Shown here piece by piece: positions 13,627 to 26,040 of a DNA stretch of 64,000 nucleotides. The stretch's first letter is position 1. Each line of letters begins with the position of its first letter. Location of the stretch: contig NC_043006.1 of the NCBI RefSeq assembly GCF_006345805.1, positions 88,288,001-88,352,000 on the forward strand, written 5' to 3'. Position numbers and translations under genes: made by a program. Origin of the DNA: Octopus sinensis. Lineage: Eukaryota. A model generated the notes under the pieces. The model was given only the letters and a program-made list of their open reading frames with translations. It was not told the DNA's origin and ran no database searches.

Positions 13627-14662
13627 AAAGATCTTTGAACAAAACCTTGGTGGCATAAATCTTTAATAGCAACAATCATTAACTGTGCTTCTGCTGCTTA
13701 CTGTTCTATGTGTCATGCAGTGGTTCTTGAGCAGAGTGTGTCATGCATTTTGAGGGTTTACAAAATCTATACCAATGATTGTCTTGAAAAATGTGTTTAT
13801 TTCAGAAATTTGTGGTACACTAATATGATGAATAAAAAAATGTATGTAATAGTTTTCAATTTTTGTTTTTAATGTGCCTGTAATTTTGACGGAGTTTCAT
13901 ATCACAATCCCCATACTTCATGAAAAAACAAAAAGAAAAAAATTCTTAATTTTATAGTATTCCGATGGTTCATACAACGGAAATTACGATTCTAAAAATA
14001 ATTTTTTTCTTTTTTTATTCAATGTCTTTAGCATACCCCTCTCCACCCGACTTCTGTAAACTTCTTTCTTATAAGACCTGGGGCATCTTATCCAAAATAC
14101 CGCCGGCGTTTTTTTTTCTTCTTTTTTTTTTGTTGCTTTCTGGAGTCAATATAATTGATTATATACGTGTTTCTCACATTTAGTAGCCTTGTGCCTCTGT
14201 TAAAAGAAAATCCATATTATTACTCACAGTAATATCACCACTGTCATTATAATAAATCCCCTAATTCGACCATATCGACCCCTAAACACTAACTCCATTA
14301 ATCATAATTACTGTAACTCCCCAAACGTACTATACCTGTCCGAAATACAATCACCAATAATTCTAACATACTCTAGTAACCAGCACCCCTGCTACTACTA
14401 CACCTACGTCATTCAATATTCCTTACTACTACCACCATCGCAAACATATATTCATCAGCGCTCCTTCCCCAGCTTCAATAGAATTGCTTATAATTTTCGA
14501 TACCGTTTCAGGTTTCCTGATTAAGTTTTTGATGGCCAATAGACTAAGTAGAGGAGGTGGTTGGCGGTCGAAATCGAAGATCAATAGGCGGTTGGTATTA
14601 GAAAGTGTTAACACGGTCGAAAGCGCATTTCAACGAAGACCGGCAATTCCACCGAGGCTCAC

Positions 14663-14725
14663 CGATGCCGCTTCAATTGGTTGTATGATAGAGTATCGAT
14701 GTAATCCAGTCCACGCCTCACTGAT
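14663..14725 (-). other. Candidate internal exon (63 nt)
   Basis: Pyrimidine tract TCCTCTCTATTCTTGTGTACCGTGTTGACAG| and donor |GTGAGC. It is open in phase 0 (ISEAWTGLHRYSIIQPIEAAS) and phase 2 (SVRRGLDYIDTLSYNQLKRHR), and lies in CpG-rich unique sequence. Confidence 0.3.
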
Positions 14726-14838
14726 CTGTCAACACGGTACACAAGAATAGAGAGGATCTTTGATTTAAGTCCATATTAAAATGAGTGTCTTACGCGTATA
14801 AATAACACTCACACATCACACACAATGTGTATGTAAAC

Positions 14839-14903
<65 letters not shown>

Positions 14904-15009
14904 TTAATAGATATGCACATGCATATATATATTCGTATGTGTGTATATATATATATATATATACATACACACATCCGATCTCCATATGTATACTTACACT
15001 ATGTACATA

Positions 15010-15064
<55 letters not shown>

Positions 15065-15352
15065 CACATATGTACATGAGACACCGCTGGCTGTGCTGAT
15101 ACACACACACATATAAACATGCAACATATACTTACACACATACATTTATACACTATACATAATGTGCATGTATATATATATCTTGTATGCGAACACACGC
15201 ACACACATATATACAGATGTATTTATACATGTATGTGTATATGTACACACAAACATACACACACATACACACACACATATACATATATATATATATATAT
15301 ACAGGCAACATATACATACACATACATTTATACACAATACATAATGTCCATG

Positions 15353-15385
<33 letters not shown>

Positions 15386-15897
15386 TATATATATCTTATA
15401 TGCGAACACACGCACACACACACATTTGAAGATATGTATTTGTATACACGTGTGTGTGTGTACATTTTGCTTCCTGTAAAGATTATTTGTATTCTTTGGT
15501 CATTTTTATTGTTCATTATTATTTTTTCTTTTATCTCAGTGGTTACTATCGTTGTTATTGTTGCTGATGCAAATTCTATGTCAGTTCTACATACTTCACT
15601 TCCACTCCGACCAACAACCTATACCACCTTCGATCTGACCAATCAAACGTCAATGCCAAAGATTTCTGCAAAGATGCCATATTAGTGTTCGCGTTGTTTT
15701 TTTGTTTGTTTTTCATTCAAAGATTTTTATATAATTTTTTTTACTTATATTTATTTTTGTTCACTTTTTTTCTACTTTCTCCAATGAAGCGAAGAGATTT
15801 CGAGTTCGGAAATACTTACAACTTAGTTACTTATAGCTGAAAGTTAGTGTATGAAGGATAGGTGTATGTGTACGTGTGAATTTGAGAGAGAGAGAGT

Positions 15898-15949
<52 letters not shown>

Positions 15950-16990
15950 AACAAGGAGGAAGCAGCAGAGGAGGGAAGAGAGAATTGAGGAGAGGGAAAA
16001 TCTGAAAGAAAGAGAAAACTGAAAAAGAGAGGACTGAGGGAGGGATAGAGGAAGACTAAGAGAGAGAGGGGGGAAGTGTCTGGACGAGACAGGAAGTGTG
16101 TGTGTGTTCATGATAGAGAGAAAGAGAGATAGGAAAACTGGAAGAGAGAGGTGGAGGACTCGTGGAAAGAGACGGAGAAGGAGAATGAGAGCAGGAACAA
16201 GGGTAACTCTGTGTGCGTGTGTGTTCTCGATAGAGAGAAAGAGAGAGAATGGGTGGGGAGTTAGAAAACAAGACATACATATAAGAATTTTGTTTTGTCT
16301 TGTTTCCGTCTCGCCACCATTCTACTTTGGTTAATGAGTTGATGAAATTGTCGGAATCAATGGAACAGAACGAATAAGAGAGAACCAAATTCGCCCAAGT
16401 AGAACACTGTCTTACAACAAAAGTGAACAAAGCCACTGAAACGGTCAAACTCTCGCCATTTGTGTTTCTTCTTGTTAATGTTGGTTATTTCTGTGACTCG
16501 ACTATCATGGGTTTTGTAAGAAAATTATTATTGTTCTTCAACACTAGGTCAACCTTGATTGGCCAGAAAAATATTTTTCCAGGTAGTATATATTATAGAG
16601 TGTGACCAGTTTCTTAAATATCAGCGGGCCTCAGGATATGTAGCAGATATTTTTAAATTCATTCGTTACTGGTATTCAAAATGAGAGCGCAAAGATGCAT
16701 TTGAAACACACTTAAAAATGAAGACGTTTAGCTGTAACCACATAAATCTATATATTATGTTTAAAATAAAAACACAATTACAGAAAAAGCGTTATTCAAT
16801 TTTTTTTTATTGTAAACAAAGTGAAAACAAAACCATAAAAAATATATACAGCAACTACAACAGCCTTGTTCGTCCAGGTTTCATGTTTGTTAAGTTATCT
16901 ATTGCCCTATTATAATTTACCTTAGTAAGCAACAGGAAATTAATTCAATGGAAACTATGCTAATCCAGACAATAAAACAATCTGTAACAG

Positions 16991-17033
16991 CACTGAAATG
17001 ATGTTCTGAATTGGAAAATCGTTGGAATTATTG
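16991..17033 (+). other. Candidate non-coding exon (43 nt)
   Basis: TCTGTAACAG| acceptor and |GTAAGT donor, with stops in all three frames. Confidence 0.25.
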
Positions 17034-17448
17034 GTAAGTTTTGGCTGACAAGGGTCGAACTCAAGAATGTGACATCACAAGAAGTTCTGTTGAGTATTTC
17101 GTATACAAGTACATGTCAATGATTACATATAATCCTATTGGGTCATTTTTGTCCCATCAAGGACAGTTTGTTGAAGTAATCTTTTCTAAGCTTCACGTTA
17201 CAACCAGGCGAAGCAACCAGAGTACGGTTTCTAGTCCGTTGATCGAGGGTTAGATGCTAAGTCAATAGAGAGTTCCTCTACAGGAGCCAACTTAACGGCT
17301 ACATCCTTCTTTATTTCATTAGCTGAAGGCAGGTAGCAAGTTTTAAAAGAGTTCCATCTCTGGTGTAGCAAATGTGTGCCTGCTGAGTGAAAATAGGCAA
17401 CCAATTTCACATATTTTGATAATTCTTTTACTCGATTTGTCGAATAAT

Positions 17449-17486
<38 letters not shown>

Positions 17487-18110
17487 TTTGTCTTACCCAG
17501 ATAGTTTTCTTTCTGTTTCCTTCCCGCAACATCTTTATAACAGGAAACAGAAAAAAGAAAACGATAGTTTCTTTTAGTAAAACCTAAATATGGTTTCAAA
17601 TTTCGACACAAGACTGGCAATTTCGGGGAGGGGTTAAGTTGATTACCTGTGATCCCAGGTACTAACTTTATCGACTCCGAATGGATGAAATTCAAAGGCA
17701 GCCTCGGCAAAATTTGAACTTAAAATCGTTCTTAATAATAGACAGAGTATAACGACCTTATAATAAAAATGTATAGAAAATTAAACTTGGCTTTACAATA
17801 CATAATACCAGTGGTCAACTACTAGACTATCGTAAATTCAATATAGATGTTTTATGAGGTGCTTGTATATTATCAGAAGTTCATGAAGCAATTAGATGTG
17901 TGTTTATGTCACAACAGACAGTATCAGTGCGTGGCAAGAATAAATTATATTAATTTGATTTAGGGTAGTAATACTTGGTTCAGCTTTACGCACGCTTGTT
18001 TCTCTTATATTATGTAAAATATTTCATTAGTCATAATATGCATACATAATTGTATTCTCTATTCATTAATTTCATGTCTCAGTGATAATTTCATTATGTC
18101 TAAAACTTAC

Positions 18111-18236
18111 ATATATCTGGAGTTGGAACTTGTAACATGAAATATAGGAAAGTCCACGAAATCTTCCAAGCGTCAGAGACGAGGTTCCGATGCTCCAGTT
18201 TGTTACAGTTCTCCAGATGTAAGCGGACATTAATGC
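18111..18236 (-). other. Candidate internal exon (126 nt)
   Basis: |GTAAGT donor at 18105-18110. Open in two frames (GINVRLHLENCNKLEHRNLVSDAWKISWTFLYFMLQVPTPDI or ALMSAYIWRTVTNWSIG...). The acceptor (TTTCTTTTGAG) is weak. Confidence 0.25.
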
Positions 18237-19435
18237 CTCAAAAGAAACTGAGCACATAGTTCTAGATACTATAAGATTGGTTAAATATTGCTGTGAGTCC
18301 AGAAAGTTCTTCCAAGCGATAAAGTATAAATTACCAAAAATAAAATTAAAATAAACGATTCAACTTTTGTTGCACAAAGCAATCAGTAAAGTTTTTATAA
18401 AAGTCCGAGATTTGGCTGCTGTTTTCGAGGAGATCGTGTAACCGCTTTTTCTTCGTTGGTCTGATGGGTTTTTTTCTTTAAGTGCACCTGATAAACTGTC
18501 TTGCACTATCTAGTTGCATCCATTTAGAATCTGAATTCAAACCCTGCCGAGGGTGACTATGACAGAGTCGATAAAATTAAAACTATCACGCATTAGGCTC
18601 AGTATAATCAATTAACACCCCAAGCCATAAGTTTATGATTGTGACTATGTTAGAAATTTTCATTATTATAGAACCTTTGTCCATTTAAATAACTTTTACA
18701 CTCTGTATTCAAATCACTTGAGGATGATTTCACCTTTCGTCCTTCGGGGTCTAGTGCTGTAGTTAATTTCATTGAGTGTTCATAGTATATGCGGTCTTGT
18801 ACTGATGGTCACGGATGAAATATCTTTTGACCATAAACAAGGGATGACTTGTAGCAACAGAAACTAATATTAATTTCAGCTGTAGAGGCCGTTATTAAAT
18901 ATTTGTTGTTTTATTTTTATGGATTAGAATTGGAAGTTTCACCTATGACATTAGTGCAAAATTTCCGAGATTAATAGTGGGAGAGAAACTACGGTTCATG
19001 GGTTTTGGTTATTGTTGCAGTTCAGCTCCAAGTTATTATTGATAAAACAGACATATAATGAAAAACACTGGAACCATGAATATTCTGTCTTTTCACACTT
19101 TAGGACCACATGTATTATCCAGTACGTCTTTTCATATCCCAAGACAATCAGATGCTATTTCTTGTAGGTCGAACAACCAGGTGAAGGCATCTTCGTTTGC
19201 TGTAGTAAGAAGTAGCTCAATTTAGTGCGTTATGTTCATATAGGAAATCTGGTCTAATGTTTGCACTCAAGGGACTGACTGCTCGAACTGCTAAATTGAG
19301 AGACAGATTAGTTCTAAGAACGTAAATTTCCTGACAAAATAACCATTTATGTATCTAGTTTAAAATGGCCTTTGTACTGTTTTTCTTTTTCCTTTTTCTT
19401 CACATCTTAGTGTTGTTGTAAGAAACTAGGTTGCC

Positions 19436-19619
19436 ATGTTGAAAAATGTTTTCGATGGAATTGGTGAAAGTTTAATGAACTGTGCACCAAACTGCTTATG
19501 GAAGATGGTTGTATTTAAGACTAAAGAAGTGTTTGGATTAGAAGCATCAGCAAGCAAGTGCTTAATGTACAGAGAGAAAACTGAAATGCATAAACGAACC
19601 TTGAAGTACACCACAGTTG
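19436..19619 (+). CDS. Candidate ATG-bearing exon of an unknown plus-strand gene (MLKNVFDGIGESLMNCAPNCLWKMVVFK...KYTTV)
   Basis: Strong pyrimidine tract and TTAG acceptor at 19410, an in-frame upstream TAG, GCCATG context, 61 open codons and a G|GTATGT donor. I recognise no homology. Confidence 0.3.
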
Positions 19620-19787
19620 GTATGTAGGTTGGTGAGAGCCCTATATTGCTGCTATAGAACGGAATGTAAAACGAGAGTTAGATCCTGTAGATGAGCAATG
19701 TAGATTAGAAGATTCTCGTAACAGAAGTACTCATATGTTTTGGTAATGTCAACTTGAAAAATTCGACCAAAACAATGTTAAATACTG

Positions 19788-19928
19788 CAGCGTAGAAGGT
19801 GTTTATAAGCCATTTAAGAAACACACAAAACCGTTAGATTCACTTCAACATTTTAATTTAATTTGTCAAAATATTTTCGTCGCTTTGAGACCGCGACCTT
19901 AAATGGCTTATAAACACCTTCCACGCTG
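19788..19928. repeat. 31-bp inverted repeat pair with a 79-bp spacer
   Basis: CAGCGTAGAAGGTGTTTATAAGCCATTTAAG (19788-19818) versus CTTAAATGGCTTATAAACACCTTCCACGCTG (19898-19928), 1 mismatch. Confidence 0.9.
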
Positions 19929-20418
19929 TAATTGTTTTCGTTCCAGCACACGATCTCCCATCAAGTCACTCGCTATGCAAGTACATCTCCGTAAATGTTA
20001 ACTACGTTTTCACCGAACTTTTCTACGACAAGCGACCGGTGATGCATGATGTAAAAGGGTAAGTAGTTTACAGTGGATATAGCTCATCAGAAAAATTCAT
20101 TAAAAGTCATGTGGAGGAGACTTGAAAGTATGAAACTTATGGTTGTTTATAACACTCATCATCACGTGTAAGATAGTCAAGTAAATGAAACTGTTCAATA
20201 GCTAACAAAATCGAAAAGGAATTGCAAGACGAAATGAGATGTCGAATGTTTCCACTGAGTGGGAAATTTCCATGCAGAAAGGGAAAGATCGAAGAGTTTG
20301 ACGGTGACAGGAGAGAGTTCTAGATGGGACAAGGACTCCATATTAGGTGGTAGTGATTGGAGACCTTTACAAACCTGTTGACTGTGTATATAGAGCGGTG
20401 AGATTAGTAACGTGGAGT

Positions 20419-20700
20419 GAAGGCGCGTGGCTTAGTGGTTAGGGGTATTTGGCTCATGATCATAAGGTCGTGAGTTCAATTCCCAGCGGCGCGTTGTGTC
20501 CTTGAGCAAGATACTTTATTTCACATTGCTCCAGTCCACTCAGCTGGCAAAAATGAGTACGCTGAATCTCTCCGAGAACTACGTTAAGGGTACACGTGGT
20601 TGTGGAGTGCTCAGCCACTTACATGTTAATTTCACGAGCAAGCTATTCCGTTGATCGTATCAGCTGGAACCCTCGTCGTCGCAACCGACGGAGTGCTCCT
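20419..20700 (+). mobile_element. tRNA-derived CORE-type SINE, family C
   Basis: A box TGGCTTAGTGG (20428-20438), B box GAGTTCAATTCC (20472-20483), CORE-like GTGTCCTTGAGCAAG...TTGCTCCAGTCCACTCAGCTGG. Sister copies lie at 34570 and 42567. Confidence 0.85.
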
Positions 20701-20839
20701 TAAACGTGGAAGATAGTATTGCCTTTGCAGTGTGGAGGTGGAAGCAATATAATGAGTAAATACTGATTTTTTCCCCTAGAAGTGATATAACCTTAGTTGA
20801 AGAGTGATGCGTAGGAGGATTCTGTCCGGTTGACTGAGG

Positions 20840-21010
20840 TATTCTTGGCAAGGAAGCAGATTTTGTTGCATATTTAAAAGGTTACAGGCTTTGCAGTATT
20901 AGAAAGTATTTTCTGCGTTCCCGATAATCCTCTGGCAGTAGAAAAATACTTTTCACTGGTTGGAGACACACTCAATGTTTTTGATGAGAATACTCTCGTC
21001 CAGTTTATTT
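20840..21010 (+). pseudogene. Possible hAT transposase C-terminal dimerisation-domain remnant
   Basis: The translation IFCVPDNPLAVEKYFSLVGDTL loosely fits the hAT motif x-x-iPaSSa.vER.FS.aG. It is short and diverged. Confidence 0.25.
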
Positions 21011-21055
21011 ATAAAGATAGCAGTGATATTGTGACGTTAATATTTAGTCTAGATA

Positions 21056-21451
21056 AGGCGGCAAGCTGGCAGAATCGTTTGCACGCCGGACAAAGTGCTT
21101 AGCAGTATTTCGTCCGTCGCTCCGTTCTGAGTTCACATTCTGCTGAAGTCGACTTTTCCTTTCATCATTTCGTGGTCGATAAATTAAGTACCAGTTGTGT
21201 ACTGGGGTCGATCAAATCGACTGGCCCCCTCCCCCAAAATTTCAGGCCTTGTGCCTATAGTAAAAAAGAATCGTTAGCACGCCGGGCAAAATGTTTAGCG
21301 GCGTTTCGTCTGTCTTCTCTTCCGCCAGGGTCGACTTTGCTTCTCATCCTTTCGGGGTTGATAATATAAGTACCAGTTGAGCACTGCGGTCGATGTATTC
21401 GACTTATCTCCTCTCCCGAATTTGTTGGCGTTGCGCCAAACATTTGAAACC
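21056..21451 (+). mobile_element. Dimeric family B SINE insertion
   Basis: Two tandem B units. The flanking 17-bp TSD is AATATTTAGTCTAGATA (21039-21055) / AATATTCAGTCTGGATA (21452-21468). Confidence 0.85.
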
Positions 21452-23204
21452 AATATTCAGTCTGGATAGAAAATAGTTTAGTAGATAGGGTTGCCACACT
21501 TTACATGCTATTTAAACATGTTATGACAGGGAATACTTTCTACATTGGCATTTATTGAGCTTTCTATCTACATTTTGACGTACATCATGTCACATTCTGA
21601 TGTTTTTCAAAAATTTTCAATGAATTGCAAGACGAAATGAGATGTGCAAATGTATCGAAGAACCCCTGTAGGCCTTATAAACGCTAGTTATTAACCCAAT
21701 TTTGAGGCAGTTATCTCCATAATGTCTGTCACTTCACAAATAAGGAGAAATCGGGAACCAAGGAAACTGAAGATGGAGTTCGATAAATTCTATTGCCACA
21801 AGGCGTAAAGAATTTAAGGCTTCAGACAATTTCGTTTGAGAAGGAAGAGACAGAAAGTTGTGTTGTCTCTTCAGTGATGGACAGATTCAAGAAGAAGGAA
21901 TTGAAATGAAGAAACAGTATGGTGGATCCTGATGTAGAGAATGATAGATGGGGCGAAAGACAGGTGGCATGTGAGGGGAGTGTACAAAAGGATGCTAAAT
22001 TTTGAGTACAAACGTTGAGAAAGTTAATGCTTCAGGTGGTATTCAAACAAATCAGAGATACCTATCAATCTATCATAGATAACATTCCTAGAAGATATTT
22101 CAAACAGATAGGTGGAATGAGGAATATAGAATTAAATATTCGGCATAGACAACGAACTGTACGCTGTAGCTTCGAAGTTATGATTTTGTTGTGTTATGCT
22201 TTATTCACTTCATTTTGTTTATACTATTAAATAATGATTTAGAAATATGATAAAAGGTAAGTTCCTGGCTAACTAAATCAATGATCGAGCTTCATTTCTT
22301 TCCCAGAAAAAGGTATGCATGATATGGATACTTCTAAGAAAATATCTGTTAGAAAAATGTATTATTAGTCTTCGACGAGATCCCTGCCCAGTATTTGGTT
22401 CCAGTCGTGTCTGATTCATGACAAATAACAACTGATAAGTTTTCTCCATGAACGTCCATTTGCTCTAATTAGTGGACTTGTGGGGATTAAAAACAATTTT
22501 TTTTCTTTTTGAATTTCGTGCTGACAAAAATTTGTAAAATATCTTGCAAGTGAGAGATATCAAGACGAACAGTCTTGCAAAATTTATTTTACGAATATTT
22601 TCAAGCGTCAAAAATATTTTACTGAAAGTCTTTCTTCTCAACAACCATTTACTGAAGAAAACTGACACCCACCCTCTACTTTAACAATCGACTTCTGCTT
22701 AAGAATGTTTAAGAAGAGAAATGGAGAGAATGCGGAGGCGAAGAGCAGCAGCAACAACAGCAGCACAAGCAACAGCAGATTTTAGTGATTGATTAACTGG
22801 TTATCTATGCGACAGATTACAGAAAATATTCAATGAAAGATACATTTAAAAACGTATATGAATAACACAAATGTGTCGGGTCGTCGTCGTCGTCGTAGTA
22901 GTAGTAGATTTAACAACGCTGGTGATGGTGATGACAGAAATGTAGAGGGTGATGGTGTGGTGGTAGCTGTGGTAAACTGGAAGTAATAGCAACACGAAGT
23001 GATAGTATGATACTGATAAGGATTCTGTTGAAGATGCTAGATGTAGAGGTATCGATGAAGACAGGGTGGTAGAGCGTCAAAAGTAATAGGGGTAGATTTA
23101 CATATTAAATGCTTTGCAATATATAGTTACGATACTTCATGTTCTGAGATCAAACCCTGCTGGGATGGGGACGTTAGAATAAGTAGCAATAATATACTCT
23201 GATC

Positions 23205-23593
23205 AAGGTGGCGAGCTGGCAGAATCGTTAGCATGCTGGGCGAAATGCGTATTTCGTCTGCCGCTACGTTCTGAGTTCAAATTCCGCCGAGGTCGACTTT
23301 GCCTTTCATCCTTTCGGGGTCGATAAATTAAGTACCAATTACGCACCGGGGTCGATGTAATCGACTTAATCCGTTTGTCTGTCCTTGTTTGTCCCCTCTG
23401 AGTTTAGCCCCTTGTGGGTAGTAAAGAAATAGGTATTTTGCCTGTCTTTACGTTCTGAGTTCAAATTCTGCCGAGGTCGACTTTGCCTTTCATCCTTTCG
23501 GGGTCGATAAATCAAGTACCAGTTGCGTACTGAGTCGATCTAATCGACTGACCCTCCCCGCAAAATTCGGGCCTTCTGCTTAGAGTAGAAAAG
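23205..23593 (+). mobile_element. Composite (1.5-mer) family B SINE
   Basis: Head, core and tail 1, then a second core and a different tail 2. The perfect 17-bp TSD is AATAATATACTCTGATC (23188-23204 / 23594-23610). Confidence 0.9.
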
Positions 23594-23619
23594 AATAATA
23601 TACTCTGATCGATTCAAAC

Positions 23620-23660
<41 letters not shown>

Positions 23661-24507
23661 AAGTAAGATAGGGGCTGTGAGTGTAACCCTCTATGGGATA
23701 ACATATATCCAATATACTGCCAATTCCCTGTAAGCGTGTGAGTTTCTGTCGAAATGATAAATTAATACCGACGATGATGAAGATGAAAATGACGACAATA
23801 GCAGGCAATAGAGAGTCAGAAATGGTAGAACATTAAATTAAAACTTTTTGGTATTTGTTTTTGTTTCGTCCCAGATCGGCCTTGATAGAACAATCCAAAG
23901 ACCAAAGACATTCTTGCAAAGACAATCCCTCCTATTCCTTTTCCATACAAAGTGTATTATCCAATATGTCCTTTTTTTTAAGGCGGGAGATTTTGCTGCT
24001 ATTTCTTGAATGCTAAAGAAGCTCTTTCTTTGGTTCGAAACGTCTGGGAGTAGTTGGTTACGTTCTCATTACATCATAAGTTCAAATGTCTCCGGAGGCA
24101 AATTTGTCTTTCATTTTGTCGACAAAATAGCTAATCAACTATTAATTTACGGGCTTATTGCCTCTGGTAGAGTTCTTTTCCTTTTTCCTTTATAGTTCCA
24201 TTCATATCTATGATGCATTATGGGGACTTCAGCACTTTACTGACATTTTATTTTATCGACCCCACAAAAAAGAAAGGCAAAGTCGAAATTTAGATGGATT
24301 TCAACTACTTCAGGCGTTTTGTTCGATGCTTTTACGATTTTGTCAATCCTGATTTATAATTGTTTGATGAAAAATCCACATATGCAGATATCGCAGACCA
24401 AACTGCTTTCATTTACTACACTGGTGGTGCTTTTTCGAACAGCTCGCTTAAATTCTATATGAAAAATGCGTGATTTTTCGAAAATATTCCCCCTCCTTAA
24501 TACATAC

Positions 24508-24693
24508 ATACGACAGCGAAACGTACTAAAGATATACCACATAGAAAGAGCAAATATGAAAATGCATACACCATTGTTTCACAAGCCAGCAAAGAATCTT
24601 CTACGCCAGAAGTGAAGAACATCCTCGCAAAAATTTCTCCTCGAGGGCCAAACTTTGCTCTCATTCTAATTTGAACCCTTCTGCAGACGAGGT
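24508..24693 (-). other. Candidate internal exon (186 nt, phase 1-1)
   Basis: Poly-T + CAAAG| acceptor and |GTATGT donor. The open frame reads DLVCRRVQIRMRAKFGPRGEIFARMFFTSGVEDSLLACETMVYAFSYLLFLCGISLVRFAVV, with a hydrophobic end. Confidence 0.25.
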
Positions 24694-25375
24694 CTTTGAA
24701 AAAAAAAAACCAATGATAGAACGGCATAATCCTTTAAAACCAAAACAGTAATCCTATTCAAATTTGCGCTATCGTCCTTCCTCTTTCTTTCTGTCTCTTT
24801 ATGTCTGTCTGCCCCTTCCTCTTACTTTCTTTCTTTCTCTCTTTCTCTCTCTCTCTCTCTGTGATACAAACCCTGTGAAGGTTACCAACAGTAAAGAAAT
24901 TTGGCATACTGGGGTAATTTGAATTGGAGATCATATTTGTTTTCATGTGTTGGTCTTTGTTTCGGTGTTGGATTTAAATAATTTTTTAATAGGAAAATTT
25001 GAGAAAACCAATCAATAAGATTTGTAATGCACAGCTGCACGCACAGGTAGAGGAAAGGATAAAAACAGAGGTGAAATAGGTGGAGAAGGTACGGAAAGGC
25101 AACAGTATCACTGAGAAAGTGTGCGTGTTAAGTCTTTGATGGAAGAAAGTTAGCGGGTGATAAAGAGGATTGACGGGTAAGAAAGTGAAAGACTGTGTGA
25201 GAGAATAAAGAAAAGAGAACGGAAGAAAGAGTAAACGTAAAACAAGTATGAAAGAAGGATAATACACACTCACATATATGTGTGTGTGTAGATATATATA
25301 TACCTATAATATATATATATATACATATAAAATATATATATATACATATAAAATATATATATATATACATATAAA

Positions 25376-25409
<34 letters not shown>

Positions 25410-25764
25410 CATTTGTGTATGCATATATATATACACACAGATAGAGAAGATAGACAGACAGACAGACAAATAGATAGATAGATAGATAGATAGATAGACA
25501 GACGGGCAGACAGACATAATCAAGGCATCATAAAGAAGAATGGAGAATTATACGTCTTCGAAATTTATTTATTAAGGTATTATTCTCATCAAAATTCCAA
25601 GCCGACACGTGTTTCCTCAGGATAAGTGTCCTAGTGACCTTTGAGGTAGCAGTTATGTACATTTAGTTGATTAAATCAACTGCAATATACATTCATCCAA
25701 AAGCTGACATTCCTATGCAGATTTATTGAAGTTGTTACCCATATAGGTTAGCAAAGCGAACTAA

Positions 25765-26040
25765 CCCCCAGATATGAAACTATGTTGGGGATTATACTAC
25801 ATTTTCTCACAGGCAATATTTGATTGCATGAGACTTTTGTGGTAGCCACCGCAGAAATTAGCAACGTGAACTCTGTAAGCGAGCTACAGTTACTGTTCAC
25901 TTCATGTATATGTTTAGTGGTGTTCATCCCAACCTGGTGTTTTAGTTTAATTATTGCTAGGTTCGCTATTTTTTATATGTACATATATATATTTATTTAT
26001 TTGTACTGATGCAGCCAACAGGTCAGCTGACAGTGGTGGT
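25765..26040. repeat. Unclassified dispersed repeat, copy 2 (inverted relative to 13330-13626)
   Basis: Same alignment as copy 1. Confidence 0.75.

Noticed and set aside
20419-20490. tRNA-like heads (also 32128, 34570, 63080-63140)
   Set aside because: They have A/B boxes but no complete cloverleaf, and they run directly into SINE bodies. They are not tRNA genes.
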